Source of the DNA: Candidatus Saccharimonadota bacterium
Lineage (GTDB): Bacteria; Patescibacteriota; Saccharimonadia; Saccharimonadales; UBA10212
NCBI GenBank assembly: GCA_016187175.1
Contig: JACPKG010000002.1
Location: 12,922 to 76,921, forward strand
DNA length: 64,000 nucleotides
Direction of reading: 5' to 3'
A model generated the notes under the pieces. That model did not search any database, was not told the origin of the DNA, and worked only from the letters and a program-made list of their open reading frames with translations. How positions within the stretch are numbered: position 1 is the first letter of the stretch; each line of letters starts with the position of its first letter. A program made the position numbers and the translations under genes. Shown piece by piece: positions 25,164 to 37,439 of the stretch.

Positions 25164-25325
25164 ATGGAAGACCGAACTTTGCCCTGTGCGGATAAGTTGG
25201 CGTTTGATTCCGAGAAGGAAGCGTTGGGCCAGGCCAGAGTTATTAAATGGCGCAACGATACCAAGCTGAAAGCTTACAAATGCCGCTACTGTGGGCTGTG
25301 GCACCTTTCGACAAGCTCGAGGTAA
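25164..25325 (+). CDS. Small putative Zn-binding protein (53 aa)
   Basis: C..K.AF...AYKCRYCGLWHLS pattern. Confidence 0.6.
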   Translation: MEDRTLPCADKLAFDSEKEALGQARVIKWRNDTKLKAYKCRYCGLWHLSTSSR

Positions 25326-25417
25326 ACCTTTCGACCCATTCGACCAGCTCAGGGTCATCCTGAGCGAAGTCGAACGGACGACAAGCTCGAGGTAAACCTC
25401 TCGAGTAAATCTCGAGA
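25305..25417. repeat. Cluster of TTCGAC-AAGCTC-type palindromes with a nested insertion
   Basis: GACAAGCTCGAGGTAAACCT occurs twice; an inner unit at 25336-25382 is also found at 62244-62290. Confidence 0.8.
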
Positions 25418-25447
25418 TTAACCTATAATGGACTTGGTTTAATTTTT

Positions 25448-25475
25448 CGGGATAGTAGCTCAGTTGTGCCCGCCA
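25448..25475 (+). pseudogene. tRNA relic (5' end fused to a 3' CCA end)
   Basis: CGGGATAGTAGCTCAGTTG-TGCCCGCCA directly upstream of tRNA-Val. Confidence 0.45.
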
Positions 25476-25480
25476 AATCT

Positions 25481-25558
25481 GGGTACTTAGCTAAAACTGG
25501 CTAGAGCACCTGATTCACATTCAGGAGGTTGAGGGTTCAAGTCCCCCAGTACCCACCA
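25481..25558 (+). tRNA. tRNA-Val(CAC)
   Basis: GGGTACT/AGTACCC-ACCA; CCTGA-TTCACAT-TCAGG; one A-C mismatch in the T stem. Confidence 0.88.
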
Positions 25559-25647
25559 TGTTGTAAATAAAGCAGATTTTTTAGCTGCGCAATAGGTTTA
25601 CAATAAAAACAAATTAATGCGGTGAGAGAAGTAAGGGTAAATGTCCG

Positions 25648-26361
25648 ATGGCTGCCGAAAAATTTAGTTTCGACGAAGAAAAAGTGGTGGTGGGAATGTA
25701 TGACAGAGAGATTTTTGTTTTTCCGCCGGGAGGCATAAAACTAAAATCCGGTCGAATTTCACCTTATTACCACAACCAGAGAGGAATGCTGTCTCTAAGC
25801 AAAAAACTAGATGCCAACGGCGCCATGCCTTTTGCTAGACAGCTAGACTTCAGGAGAGAATCAGCACTTGGGTACGCTACAAGATTTGATGAGATACAAG
25901 CACGATATGATCATGTTTTTGGAAAAGCCCAGTCTGCTACGCCACATTTAGCAATAGCAGCTTTTGTGGCCGGTAAATCCTACCTTTGGGAGCGAGTACC
26001 CGAAGGCAAGGATTACGGAATAAAAAAACGCGTAGAGGGCGACTATGAATATGGCGATTTTGTTCACCTAGGCGACGACAATGTTACTGATGGCCAGTCA
26101 AAAATCGAAGGCGCGGCGGTGCTATATGAAGCTGGTCTACAACCTGTAAGCATTACTGTCATGTTCGATCGCCAAGAAGGCGCGCAAGCACGCTTAAGCT
26201 CTCTTGGCTTTGAGATGAATGCCGTGACAACACTCTCAAGAGCAGTACCAATTCTCCGTGCCAACAGAAAAATCACCAATGAGCATATTGAAAGCCTGCT
26301 AGCCTATCATGAAGATTTGATATCCAAAGGCGCAGCCAGCACATTTAGCTTAGCTGCATAA
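25648..26361 (+). CDS. Orotate phosphoribosyltransferase-like protein
   Basis: LKSGRISPYY, KDYG...VEG, DDNVTDGQSK (PRPP loop) and FDRQEG motifs. Confidence 0.78.
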   Translation: MAAEKFSFDEEKVVVGMYDREIFVFPPGGIKLKSGRISPYYHNQRGMLSLSKKLDANGAMPFARQLDFRRESALGYATRFDEIQARYDHVFGKAQSATPHLAIAAFVAGKSYLWERVPEGKDYGIKKRVEGDYEYGDFVHLGDDNVTDGQSKIEGAAVLYEAGLQPVSITVMFDRQEGAQARLSSLGFEMNAVTTLSRAVPILRANRKITNEHIESLLAYHEDLISKGAASTFSLAA

Positions 26362-26364
26362 ATT

Positions 26365-26877
26365 ATGAGTGTAAAACAGAGCGCGGGACTATTGGTTTAT
26401 AGATTAAAGAATAGGCGGCTGGAAGTGCTGATCGTCCATCCTGGAGGGCCTTTCTTCGCGAAGAAGGATAATGGTTTTTGGTCGATTCCTAAGGGACTAT
26501 ACGAAGGTGATGAGAACCCTCTTGATGCTGCCAAACGTGAATATGAAGAGGAAATCGGCAGACCAGCACCAGACGGCACCTATATCGAGCTAGGCGAGAT
26601 AAAAAGAAAAGATGGCAAAATCATTAAAGCTTGGGCAGTTGAGGGTACCGTTGATGAAACCAAGATCACCAGCAATACATTCAAAATAGAGTGGCCGCCT
26701 AAATCCGCTAAAATGCAGGCATTCCCGGAAGTTGACCGTGCGGGTTGGTTCACGCTGGGAGAAGCCGTCAAAAAACTAACTCCAGCCCAAGTAGAATTTT
26801 TGCAACGCCTTGCCGATAAACTCGACAGAGAATTGACAGTAGAAAAACCCCAACCCAACCAGCAAACATTCCTTTAA
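26365..26877 (+). CDS. NUDIX hydrolase
   Basis: HPGGPF..KD.G.WSIPKG...AAKREYEEEIG and FPEVDR motifs. Confidence 0.92.
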   Translation: MSVKQSAGLLVYRLKNRRLEVLIVHPGGPFFAKKDNGFWSIPKGLYEGDENPLDAAKREYEEEIGRPAPDGTYIELGEIKRKDGKIIKAWAVEGTVDETKITSNTFKIEWPPKSAKMQAFPEVDRAGWFTLGEAVKKLTPAQVEFLQRLADKLDRELTVEKPQPNQQTFL

Positions 26878-27023
26878 CTGGCCTAGATATTACTACTTTT
26901 TTAAACGATCGTTAAATTTAGTATTACTTAACCTGTTAAGTAATTTAGCATGGTAAGTAAATCAAGTAATTTCCTCTTTACTTACTGTTTATTGTTCATT
27001 GCTTATTGTTTACAATTAAGAAG

Positions 27024-28502
27024 ATGAGTAAGTTTTATGTAGCTACGGCAATTCCCTATGTTAACGACAAGCCGCATCTAGGCCACGCCCTGCTGCATTT
27101 ATATGCCGATGTCTTGGCCCGCTACCATCGTCAGCTTGGCGATGATGTGCTGTTTAGCGCCGGTACTGACGAGCATGGCGGTAAGGTTGCTGAAGCAGCT
27201 GCTAAAGCCGGTGCAGAGCCAAAACATTTTGTTGATCAGATAAGCGTCAGTTTTCGTGAAGGCCTAAAAAAGCTGGGTGTTAGCAACGACCGTTTTATAA
27301 GAACGACCGATGCAGGCCATGAACAAAGGGCTCAGCTTATCTGGCAGGCCTTGACCAGGGATATTTATAAAAAGGCTTACGAAGGCATGTACTGCGTTGG
27401 TTGCGAGGAATTTAAGACAGAGGCTTATGTTAAAGCAACGGACGGTATCTGTCCGCTGCATAACCGCCCGTACGAAAAAGTTGCCGAAGAAAATTATTTT
27501 TTTGCACTCAGCAAATATACCGCCAAAATTAAAGCGGCGATTGAGACTGACCAGTACAGGATTATTCCAACTAGCCGCAAAAATGAAATTCTATCGGTAA
27601 TCAATGAAGGCCTGCAGGATATTTCAATCAGCCGGCCTAAAAATAAAATCCCCTGGGGGATACCAGTGCCTGGTGACGAAACTCAAACAATGTACGTCTG
27701 GTTTGAGGCGTTGATGAATTACATAACCGTGTTAGGTTATCCCGAGCACGCCGACTTCAAAAAGTACTGGCCCGCCGACGTGCAGGTTATTGGCAAAGAC
27801 ATACTGCGGTTTCATGCGGCTGTTTGGCCGGGCATGCTGCTGGCCCTTGGCCTGCCCCTACCAAAGAGTCTTTATGTGCACGGTTTTGTAACCAGCGGCG
27901 GCCAGAAAATGAGTAAGAGCCTCGGCAACGTTGTCGACCCGTTAGAAATTGTTGATAAATATGGCGTTGACGCCTTCCGCTATTTTTTTCTCAGACACAT
28001 CCCGAGCTATAGTGACGGTGACTTTACCTGGGAGTTGATTGAGGCGGCTTACAATAACGAGCTGGCCGACCAGCTAGGCAATGCCGTATCCCGCACGGCG
28101 GCCATGATAAGCAAGTACCAAAATGGAGTGATAGGCAATGTGCCTCCGCCAGAACACGATGTTGCGGCTTACGCCCAGGCGATCGGACGGTGCCGGTTTG
28201 ACAAAGCACTGTCAGTAGTCTGGGAGCAGGTGAAAGGACTCAACCAATACATTGATGAGTCTAAACCGTGGGAGATGGCCAGTCCGCCAGGTGGCGGAGT
28301 GGACGAAGACCACCTGCGTGAGGTATTGGCTAACATGGCGGCCAACCTGCTGGAAATAGCTGCCCTTTTAGTACCCTTTATGCCCGAAACCGCTCAAAAG
28401 ATAGAGGGAGTCTTTGGCACAGGGGTTTTAAAACCCTTATCCGCTCCACTATTCCCCAAAACAGTCAAAAGCCCAAAGTCAACAACTGCGCCAGGTTCTT
28501 AA
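27024..28502 (+). CDS. metG: Methionine--tRNA ligase
   Basis: YVNDKPHLGH, GTDEHG, YVWFEAL, GKDILRFH, KMSKS motifs. Confidence 0.96.
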   Translation: MSKFYVATAIPYVNDKPHLGHALLHLYADVLARYHRQLGDDVLFSAGTDEHGGKVAEAAAKAGAEPKHFVDQISVSFREGLKKLGVSNDRFIRTTDAGHEQRAQLIWQALTRDIYKKAYEGMYCVGCEEFKTEAYVKATDGICPLHNRPYEKVAEENYFFALSKYTAKIKAAIETDQYRIIPTSRKNEILSVINEGLQDISISRPKNKIPWGIPVPGDETQTMYVWFEALMNYITVLGYPEHADFKKYWPADVQVIGKDILRFHAAVWPGMLLALGLPLPKSLYVHGFVTSGGQKMSKSLGNVVDPLEIVDKYGVDAFRYFFLRHIPSYSDGDFTWELIEAAYNNELADQLGNAVSRTAAMISKYQNGVIGNVPPPEHDVAAYAQAIGRCRFDKALSVVWEQVKGLNQYIDESKPWEMASPPGGGVDEDHLREVLANMAANLLEIAALLVPFMPETAQKIEGVFGTGVLKPLSAPLFPKTVKSPKSTTAPGS

Positions 28503-28507
28503 TTGTT

Positions 28508-29305
28508 ATGGCCCAAAAACACGATTACATAACTTTGGTTGATACTCACTGCCATTTGCATTTTAGTAACTATTCAAATGTTAGCCAGGTGATTGCCGAA
28601 GCCAGCAAATGCGGTGTGACCAAACTAATATGTGTTGGCACCACCTTAGCTGATAGCCGCCAGGCTGCCAAGCTGGCGGCTAAATATAAAACAGTCTGGG
28701 CTAGCGCGGGCGTCCATCCGCACGAGGCCGATCGGTTCGTGGCTGATAAACATGGCCCAAGCCAGCTTAAAAGACTACTAGGTTACACCAGGGTTGTAGC
28801 GGTGGGCGAAATAGGCCTAGATCTTTACAAAAATTATTCTGCCAAAGACGCCCAAGAGCGATCCTTGCGATTGCAAATAGAAAGCTCGGCACAGGCTGAT
28901 TTGCCCTACATTTTTCATGTCCGGGAGGCTTGGGATGATTTTTGGCGTATCTTTGACTCCTATGAATCCGCCGGCTGGCGCCCGCGCGGTGTGGTACATA
29001 GCTTTAGCGCCCACCCAAAACAGTTGGAAGAAAGCCTCAGCAGGGGCTTGTATATCGGTCTAAACGGCATCATGACTTTTACTCAAGATAGTTGGCAACT
29101 GGCAGCCGCCAAGCTAGTGCCAATTGACCGTTTGCTTTTAGAAACCGACGCCCCATTTTTAACTCCTAGTCCTTTCAGAGGTGAGCTGTGCGAACCTAAA
29201 CATATTGTTAATATCGCCGAATTTCTGGCCCAACTGCGCGGTGAGTCAGTGGAGAGGCTGGCAAGTTATACGACCAAAAATGCGGCTCAACTTTTTGGTC
29301 TTTGA
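28508..29305 (+). CDS. tatD: TatD-family nuclease
   Basis: DTHCH, GVHPH, VGEIGLD, LLETDAPFL motifs. Confidence 0.93.
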   Translation: MAQKHDYITLVDTHCHLHFSNYSNVSQVIAEASKCGVTKLICVGTTLADSRQAAKLAAKYKTVWASAGVHPHEADRFVADKHGPSQLKRLLGYTRVVAVGEIGLDLYKNYSAKDAQERSLRLQIESSAQADLPYIFHVREAWDDFWRIFDSYESAGWRPRGVVHSFSAHPKQLEESLSRGLYIGLNGIMTFTQDSWQLAAAKLVPIDRLLLETDAPFLTPSPFRGELCEPKHIVNIAEFLAQLRGESVERLASYTTKNAAQLFGL

Positions 29306-29311
29306 GTAACC

Positions 29312-30484
29312 ATGAAAAAACAAGTTTATTTAGATTACGCAGCGGCTACTCCTTTAGATCCTAGTGTCATCAAGGCTATGGCGCCGTACTTTGCCGACAA
29401 TTTTTATAACCCGTCGGCCATATATTTAGGCGGACGGACGGCCCGTCAAGCACTAGAGAAGGCGCGCGCTACCATAGCCCGGAATCTGGGTGCCAAACCG
29501 GCCGAAATAGTTTTTACGGCAGGTGCGACGGAAGCTAACAATCTAGCTATCCAAGGCGTTATGCGTAGCTATCCTGATGGCGAAATTTTAGTGAGTGCTA
29601 TCGAACATGAATCAGTATTAGGACCGGCTGGTTTGTTCAAATGCCGAGAGATCCCCGTCGACCAAAACGGCCGAGTGGTACTTAAGGAGTTGGAAAAAAT
29701 GATAAATACCAGGACTGTCCTGATATCTGTGGGATTGGTCAACAATGAAATCGGCACCACTCAATCGCTAAAGGACATATCTAATTTGCTTAAGGCCGTC
29801 AAGATCCACCGTGAGCGGATTCACGGTGCAAGCAAGCTACCCCTGTATTTGCATACAGACGCCGCCCAAGCACCAAGTTATTTTGACCTACACGTTAGCC
29901 GGCTGGGTGTCGATTTATTGACTATTAACGGTGCTAAGATATATGGTCCGAAACAAAGTGGCGCTTTGTATATAAAAGCTGGCACTAAGCTGCAGCCATT
30001 AATCTTGGGCGGCGGACAGGAAAGTAACTTACGTTCTGGCACAGAAAATGTGGCCGCCGCCATAGGTTTGGCAACTGTGCTGGATAAAGTCCAGCAAGCA
30101 AGAATTAAAGAGTTCAGACGCGTTGCCAGCTTACGCGAATTATTTTTGGACGGCTTGGCCAAAATCCCAGGCGCTAGCGTTAACGGATCACAAAAATATG
30201 TCTCTCCCCATATCGTTAGTGTTAAGCTGGCTGGCCACGACAACGAACGGCTGATGATGGAACTTGATGAGCGTGGCGTGCAAGTAGCCGTTGGTAGTGC
30301 TTGTAGTGCCCTGCGCCAGACGGCGCAGGGGAGTGCTAGTGGCGATAAGCCATCGCACGTACTTTCCGCTATTGGTCTGAGTGATGAAGAGGCTCGATCG
30401 ACCTTGCGCTTTAGTTTTGGCCGGCAGACTACTAAACCTGACATTGAGACGGCCCTAAGACTTTTAAGAGATCTGACCTCTTAA
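29312..30484 (+). CDS. iscS: Cysteine desulfurase (IscS/NifS type)
   Basis: YLDYAAATP, GATEANN, HTDAAQ, RSGTEN, GSACS, SHVL motifs. Confidence 0.9.
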   Translation: MKKQVYLDYAAATPLDPSVIKAMAPYFADNFYNPSAIYLGGRTARQALEKARATIARNLGAKPAEIVFTAGATEANNLAIQGVMRSYPDGEILVSAIEHESVLGPAGLFKCREIPVDQNGRVVLKELEKMINTRTVLISVGLVNNEIGTTQSLKDISNLLKAVKIHRERIHGASKLPLYLHTDAAQAPSYFDLHVSRLGVDLLTINGAKIYGPKQSGALYIKAGTKLQPLILGGGQESNLRSGTENVAAAIGLATVLDKVQQARIKEFRRVASLRELFLDGLAKIPGASVNGSQKYVSPHIVSVKLAGHDNERLMMELDERGVQVAVGSACSALRQTAQGSASGDKPSHVLSAIGLSDEEARSTLRFSFGRQTTKPDIETALRLLRDLTS

Positions 30485-30519
30485 AAAAAGTTAACAAAAG
30501 CGCTATACTTTGAGCAAGC

Positions 30520-31293
30520 ATGAAGTGGATTATCACCGGCCTTTTGCTGTTAGCTGTTTTTAGCGCCCACGCTTCAGCCGATACCATTACCCGTAGTTTT
30601 AAAGCTAGAGGCACGGTTTCGCCGGGCTTTGTGGTAGCTATAACTAAGGATGATTTAGGGACGGTGGAAGCAGCACCGGCCTCCGATCCAAATCGTATTT
30701 ATGGTGTAGTGGTTGACAAGACGGCCGCGCCTGTGACTCTGCAAAAAAACAATGAGCAAACCTTTGTTGCTACCAGCGGCAGCTATCCAGTCCTGACAAG
30801 CACCCAAAACGGCTCGGTTAAAAGCGGCGATTACCTCACATTGTCGTCAGCCGGCGGTATTGCCGCTAAGGCCAGCAGTAAAAGCCCGTATGTTGTTGGG
30901 CAGGCCTTAGAAAGTTTTGATGGCAGCCAAGGCACAACCGACCAAGTAGCCGGCCACACAGTTGGAAAAGTCCAGGCCCGGATTAGACCGGGTAAAAATC
31001 CTCTTACTCAGATGGAGACGGGCATACCTGGTTTTCTGCGGCGCTTGGCAGAAGTAATAGCTGGCAAGCCGCTTAGCCCGGTTAGGATTTATATTGCGCT
31101 GTTGATATTTTTGCTAAGCTCTCTACTGGCTGCTAGTCTGATCTACGTGGGTGTTAGGTCCAGCTTAATTGCCATCGGCCGTAATCCGCTCAGCAAGCAC
31201 GCCATCTTACAAGGTTTAGCTCAGGTGATAATCGCTGCCATCTTAGTTTTTGCCAGCAGCTTATTTGGGATATTCTTATTATTAAAGATATAA
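30520..31293 (+). CDS. Secreted beta domain fused to an ATP synthase c-like membrane hairpin
   Basis: Signal peptide; two C-terminal TM helices joined by AIGRNP; first gene of the atp-like operon. Confidence 0.6.
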   Translation: MKWIITGLLLLAVFSAHASADTITRSFKARGTVSPGFVVAITKDDLGTVEAAPASDPNRIYGVVVDKTAAPVTLQKNNEQTFVATSGSYPVLTSTQNGSVKSGDYLTLSSAGGIAAKASSKSPYVVGQALESFDGSQGTTDQVAGHTVGKVQARIRPGKNPLTQMETGIPGFLRRLAEVIAGKPLSPVRIYIALLIFLLSSLLAASLIYVGVRSSLIAIGRNPLSKHAILQGLAQVIIAAILVFASSLFGIFLLLKI

Positions 31294-31300
31294 AGCTATT

Positions 31301-31942
31301 ATGAATACAGGTGGGATTATTCTGGTGGTTGGGTCGCTGCTGGGTGCAACCAGTGCTTTTATCTGGCTGGCTCTTAAATTGAGTCGTGCTAGTACGGTCC
31401 CACCAAGGACCTTGTCTTCTCAACCCAAACCTACGGATACCATTGCCAGTCTAGCCAAGGAAGACGTCGAACATATTTTTAATAACGAGTTCCGCGAAGA
31501 ACTGCGCAATCGTGGTCGCCTGCACTTTGAAAAAATCATCGGCGAAAACGCCATGTTCTTGCAGCAAGATTTACGAGAAACGACCACCCAATTAAATGAA
31601 TATATGCGGGCTGAAATTACTCGCACGCTACAGGAAGAGTTTAAAAAGTACCAACAATCAATTACCGACGCTAAACAACTGGCAATTGACTCCATCGAAA
31701 AAACCATCACAACTATTGAACAACAGCGCCAACTTCTGGAGACCCAAATGCAAACCCAGGCCGAGGCTCAAAAAGCCGAACTCTTAGCCCGTTTCGAAAA
31801 AGCCATGGCCAGTATCATCAACCATTACGTTGTACAGGCTATCGGCAGCCAGATTGACATTTCTGACCAGCTGGAATTTATTTTGGCCGAGCTGGAAAAT
31901 AACAAGCAAGCCATCATAGAGGACATCCGCCGTGGCACTTAG
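31301..31942 (+). CDS. ATP synthase b-like subunit
   Basis: N-terminal TM plus long coiled coil; position before the delta-like gene. Confidence 0.6.
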   Translation: MNTGGIILVVGSLLGATSAFIWLALKLSRASTVPPRTLSSQPKPTDTIASLAKEDVEHIFNNEFREELRNRGRLHFEKIIGENAMFLQQDLRETTTQLNEYMRAEITRTLQEEFKKYQQSITDAKQLAIDSIEKTITTIEQQRQLLETQMQTQAEAQKAELLARFEKAMASIINHYVVQAIGSQIDISDQLEFILAELENNKQAIIEDIRRGT

Positions 31943-32405
31943 CAAGCTGCCCCTCACACTTATAAGTCAAACTGAGGTTACTCACTTAATACGTGAGCTG
32001 GCTGGTCTAGAGGATAATGCCATTGCTGCTACCGTCTCAGCCAAAAACGTACCATCGATCACCAAGCTGTTGGCCGAAGTCGCCGTCGCCAACGGTCTTG
32101 ATATAAACGATAAAACAAACCGCCAAACCCTAAAAGCTCAGTTGACCGAGCTACAAAAAAGCGCTCCCCTAATTCATATAAGCTTTGCTTCTGAACCTTC
32201 CCAACTAGTGCTAGAGAAAATCATTGCTTGGCTGAGAACCAATATCCATGCCCAACTACTGTTGCAGGTTGGTCTAGAGCCAGGCATAGCTGCCGGCTGT
32301 GTTCTGCGAACGCCTAATCATGTTTTTGACATGAGCCTACGACCTTATTTGGAAAAACAAAAAAGCTATTTGCAGCGACTCATCCAGGGAGCCATCGGTG
32401 GATAA
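31932..32405 (+). CDS. ATP synthase delta-like subunit
   Basis: C-terminal EPGIAAGCVLR...VFDMSL resembles the delta D..L.GG...D.S pattern. Confidence 0.62.
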   Translation: MALSKLPLTLISQTEVTHLIRELAGLEDNAIAATVSAKNVPSITKLLAEVAVANGLDINDKTNRQTLKAQLTELQKSAPLIHISFASEPSQLVLEKIIAWLRTNIHAQLLLQVGLEPGIAAGCVLRTPNHVFDMSLRPYLEKQKSYLQRLIQGAIGG

Positions 32406-33824
32406 AGATAAACACTTCCAGCGGTTAGTTGACGCCGGTAAACCGGTCGGCGAGATAATCGGTATAAATAGCTTTTTAGTCCAAGTTCGCGGCCTGCAGC
32501 CGGTATCAATCCACTCGCTGATTATTTTCGAAGATGGCAGTCAGGGCTTTACAACGCGTATCTTGGAAGACCGGGTCCTGGTGCTACGGCTAAGAACCAC
32601 CCCACTGCGGATTGGTATGTTGGCTGTTGTCCAGCAAGAAAATTTGACCGTCAAAGTTGGCAAGGATTTCATTGGCCGGGTAGTAACGGTGACCGGCGAG
32701 CCGCTAGACGGCAAAGGCACGATTGCGGCTGACGCTGACTGGCCGATCTTTAACGACGCCCCCCCGATCTATCAGCGCGAACTGCTCAGTACTCAACTGG
32801 AAACTGGCGTGACTTTAGTTGATACGCTTTTTCCAATCGTCCGCGGTCAGCGTCTGGCCCTGTTAGGAGATAGCAAATCCGGTAAGTCAACCCTGGCTAC
32901 TCAAATTGCCATTAACCAGCGCAACACAGACCAAATTGTAGTTTATGTATTAATTGCCAAACGCCGCAGCGACGTAGACATGTTGCTTAACCGCTTAAGC
33001 GAGGCTGGGGTATTGGATAAAACCATCATTATGGTTTCGACAATCTTTGAATCGCTAGTTACCAGCTATTTGGCACCGTATGCTGGTTGTGCGCTGGCTG
33101 AGTATCTATGGCAGACGCTTGGCCAGGATGTTCTGATAATTTACGACGACTTGACTACGCACGCTCATGCTTACCGCGAAATTAGCTTGCTCTCGGGTGT
33201 CAGCCCAGGTCGCGACAGCTACCCCGGTGATATTTTTCATGCCCACTCTAGTTTGCTGGAGAGGGCCGGTAAACTAGCTGCTAACCATAAATGTTTGACC
33301 GCTATTCCAGTCGTATTGACCGAGGGCGGTGATATATCAACCTATCTCCCGACTAATATTATGTCAATTGCTGACGGTCAATGGATTCTGGATATGGAAA
33401 TTTTCCGCTCCGGCCGGCGACCAGCTATTGACGTTGGGCTGTCAGTTACCCGTGTTGGGGGCGTCGGTCAGAATACCCGCCAGAAAGCCCAAAACGCCGC
33501 TGTCTTTAAGACGTTGACAGAATTTAGTAGAGCTCAAGAGTTTGCTCATTTTGGCGGCGAGATGTCCAGCGCTACGGCTAAGGCTACAGCATTAGGCCAG
33601 AAACTAAATCAGCTTTTTACTCAAGCACCCGGCGAGACCTATAGTTTAATGGCTCAGCAGTTGATGCTTGATGTAGTGCTTGATCCGGTACCGCTCAATT
33701 TAAACCTGACTAATTTAAGACGCTCAGTGGTCGAAGCCGCTGCTCAAATCAAAAGCGAAGATGATTACGAAGAGGCTTTGGCGTCTCTAAAAATCAAAGC
33801 TGCAGCGCCAGCGGGAGAGCCAAA

Positions 33825-33828
<4 letters not shown>
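32398..33828 (+). CDS. atpA: Divergent F1 ATPase alpha subunit
   Basis: IVRGQR, GDSKSGKST, YDDLT.HA.AYREISLL, GRDSYPGDIF, TNIMSIADGQ motifs. Confidence 0.88.
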
Positions 33829-35983
<2,155 letters not shown>

Positions 35984-35986
35984 ACT

Positions 35987-36241
35987 ATGGCAGAACAAAC
36001 CGTACAAGTAAAAATATACGCCCCGTTTAAAACCTATTTTGAGGGTCCGGCAGGCAGCATTTCGGCGGTTAACGATACCGGGCCATTTGATATTCTGGCG
36101 CGTCATAAAAATTTTATATGCCTTTTAAAGCCGGGTGAAATCAAGGTCCGTCAAAAAGACCGTCCGGATTTTGTCATGCCAGTTAGTCGCGGTGTTATGC
36201 ATGTCCGTAGTGACAAAGTGACCGTCTTTCTCGACGTCTAA
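35987..36241 (+). CDS. atpC: Short F1 epsilon-like subunit (N-terminal domain only)
   Basis: GPFDILARH...L..G motif; 84 aa. Confidence 0.8.
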   Translation: MAEQTVQVKIYAPFKTYFEGPAGSISAVNDTGPFDILARHKNFICLLKPGEIKVRQKDRPDFVMPVSRGVMHVRSDKVTVFLDV

Positions 36242-36257
36242 CCACTCACCTCACCAC

Positions 36258-36302
36258 GAGGTCCGACCTTATTTCGCTTATCTTTTTCGAAGGTCGGACC
36301 TC
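36258..36302. repeat. REPIN-like inverted pair GAGGTCCGACCTT / AAGGTCGGACCTC
   Basis: Each arm is an AGGT-nnn-ACCT mini-hairpin like REP-A. Confidence 0.75.
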
Positions 36303-36320
36303 TGATAGAATGGTACAGCT

Positions 36321-37439
36321 ATGAGAAGGGTGTTTGTTGGGATGAGCGGCGGAGTTGATTCTTCGGTTGCCGCTTTGCTCTTAAAGGAGCAGGGCTATGA
36401 AGTTGCGGGTATCTATATGAAGAATTGGACACAGGATCTGCCGAACCTCAAATGTCCCTGGCGGGATGATTTTAACGATGCTAAACGAGTAGCGGTCCAG
36501 TTGGGCATCGACTTTAAAGTTTATGACTTCCAAGAAGAATATAAACACAAAGTCGTTGACTACATGATTCGTGAATACCAAGCCGGACGCACGCCAAATC
36601 CAGACATCATGTGCAACCAGGAAGTCAAGTTCAAACTGTTTTTAGAGACAGCCTTGGAAGATGGTGCTGACATGATTGCTACCGGCCACTACGCCCGTGT
36701 GATAGGTCTAACCTATCACAAGCAAAAAACAGAGGTGAGTAACAAAAATACTGATGTGACAGGTCTAACCTATCACATGGCAACCGCTAAGGACGGGAAT
36801 AAGGACCAGACCTATTTCCTATACCGTATAACCCAAGCAGCCCTAAGCAAAACACTGTTCCCTTTGGGAGAACTGACCAAGCCGGAGGTTAAGGCACTGG
36901 CTCAAAAACATAAACTGATGACTGCAGATAAAAAAGAAAGCATGGGTATTTGTTTTGTTGGCAAAGTCCCAATCAAGGATTTCCTAGAGCAGTTTATAAA
37001 GACAAAACATGGCAAAATTATTAACCAATCCGCCAGCCGGCGTCGGCATGTGATTGGTGAGCATGACGGAGCTATTTTTTACACCATCGGCCAACGGCAC
37101 GGCTTAAATATCGGTGGAGGACTGCCATACTACGTTACCGGCAAAAATATGAAGAAAAACGAAGTTTATGTAACAACCGACCTTCAAGACGAAAAGTTGT
37201 GGAGCGATAAAATCAAACTGACTGATATGCATTGGATAAATGGTGAACCATCAGCTAAATACAATCTGCAAGTTCGGACAAGACATAGAGCAAAGCTAAT
37301 CACAGTGAAAAAGCTTGACCTGTTAAGTAATTCTAAAGCCACAGTCGAACTTGATGAAGAGGTGCGCGCTTTAACTCCCGGCCAATCTGCCGTCTTCTAT
37401 TCCGGCCAAGAATGCCTGGGCGGAGGAATAGTCATCTAA
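36321..37439 (+). CDS. mnmA: tRNA 2-thiouridylase, carrying two REP-A copies in frame
   Basis: GMSGGVDSS, TPNPDIMCN, ATGHYA, KDQTYFL, ICFVG, TIGQR, TPGQ motifs. Confidence 0.96.
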   Translation: MRRVFVGMSGGVDSSVAALLLKEQGYEVAGIYMKNWTQDLPNLKCPWRDDFNDAKRVAVQLGIDFKVYDFQEEYKHKVVDYMIREYQAGRTPNPDIMCNQEVKFKLFLETALEDGADMIATGHYARVIGLTYHKQKTEVSNKNTDVTGLTYHMATAKDGNKDQTYFLYRITQAALSKTLFPLGELTKPEVKALAQKHKLMTADKKESMGICFVGKVPIKDFLEQFIKTKHGKIINQSASRRRHVIGEHDGAIFYTIGQRHGLNIGGGLPYYVTGKNMKKNEVYVTTDLQDEKLWSDKIKLTDMHWINGEPSAKYNLQVRTRHRAKLITVKKLDLLSNSKATVELDEEVRALTPGQSAVFYSGQECLGGGIVI

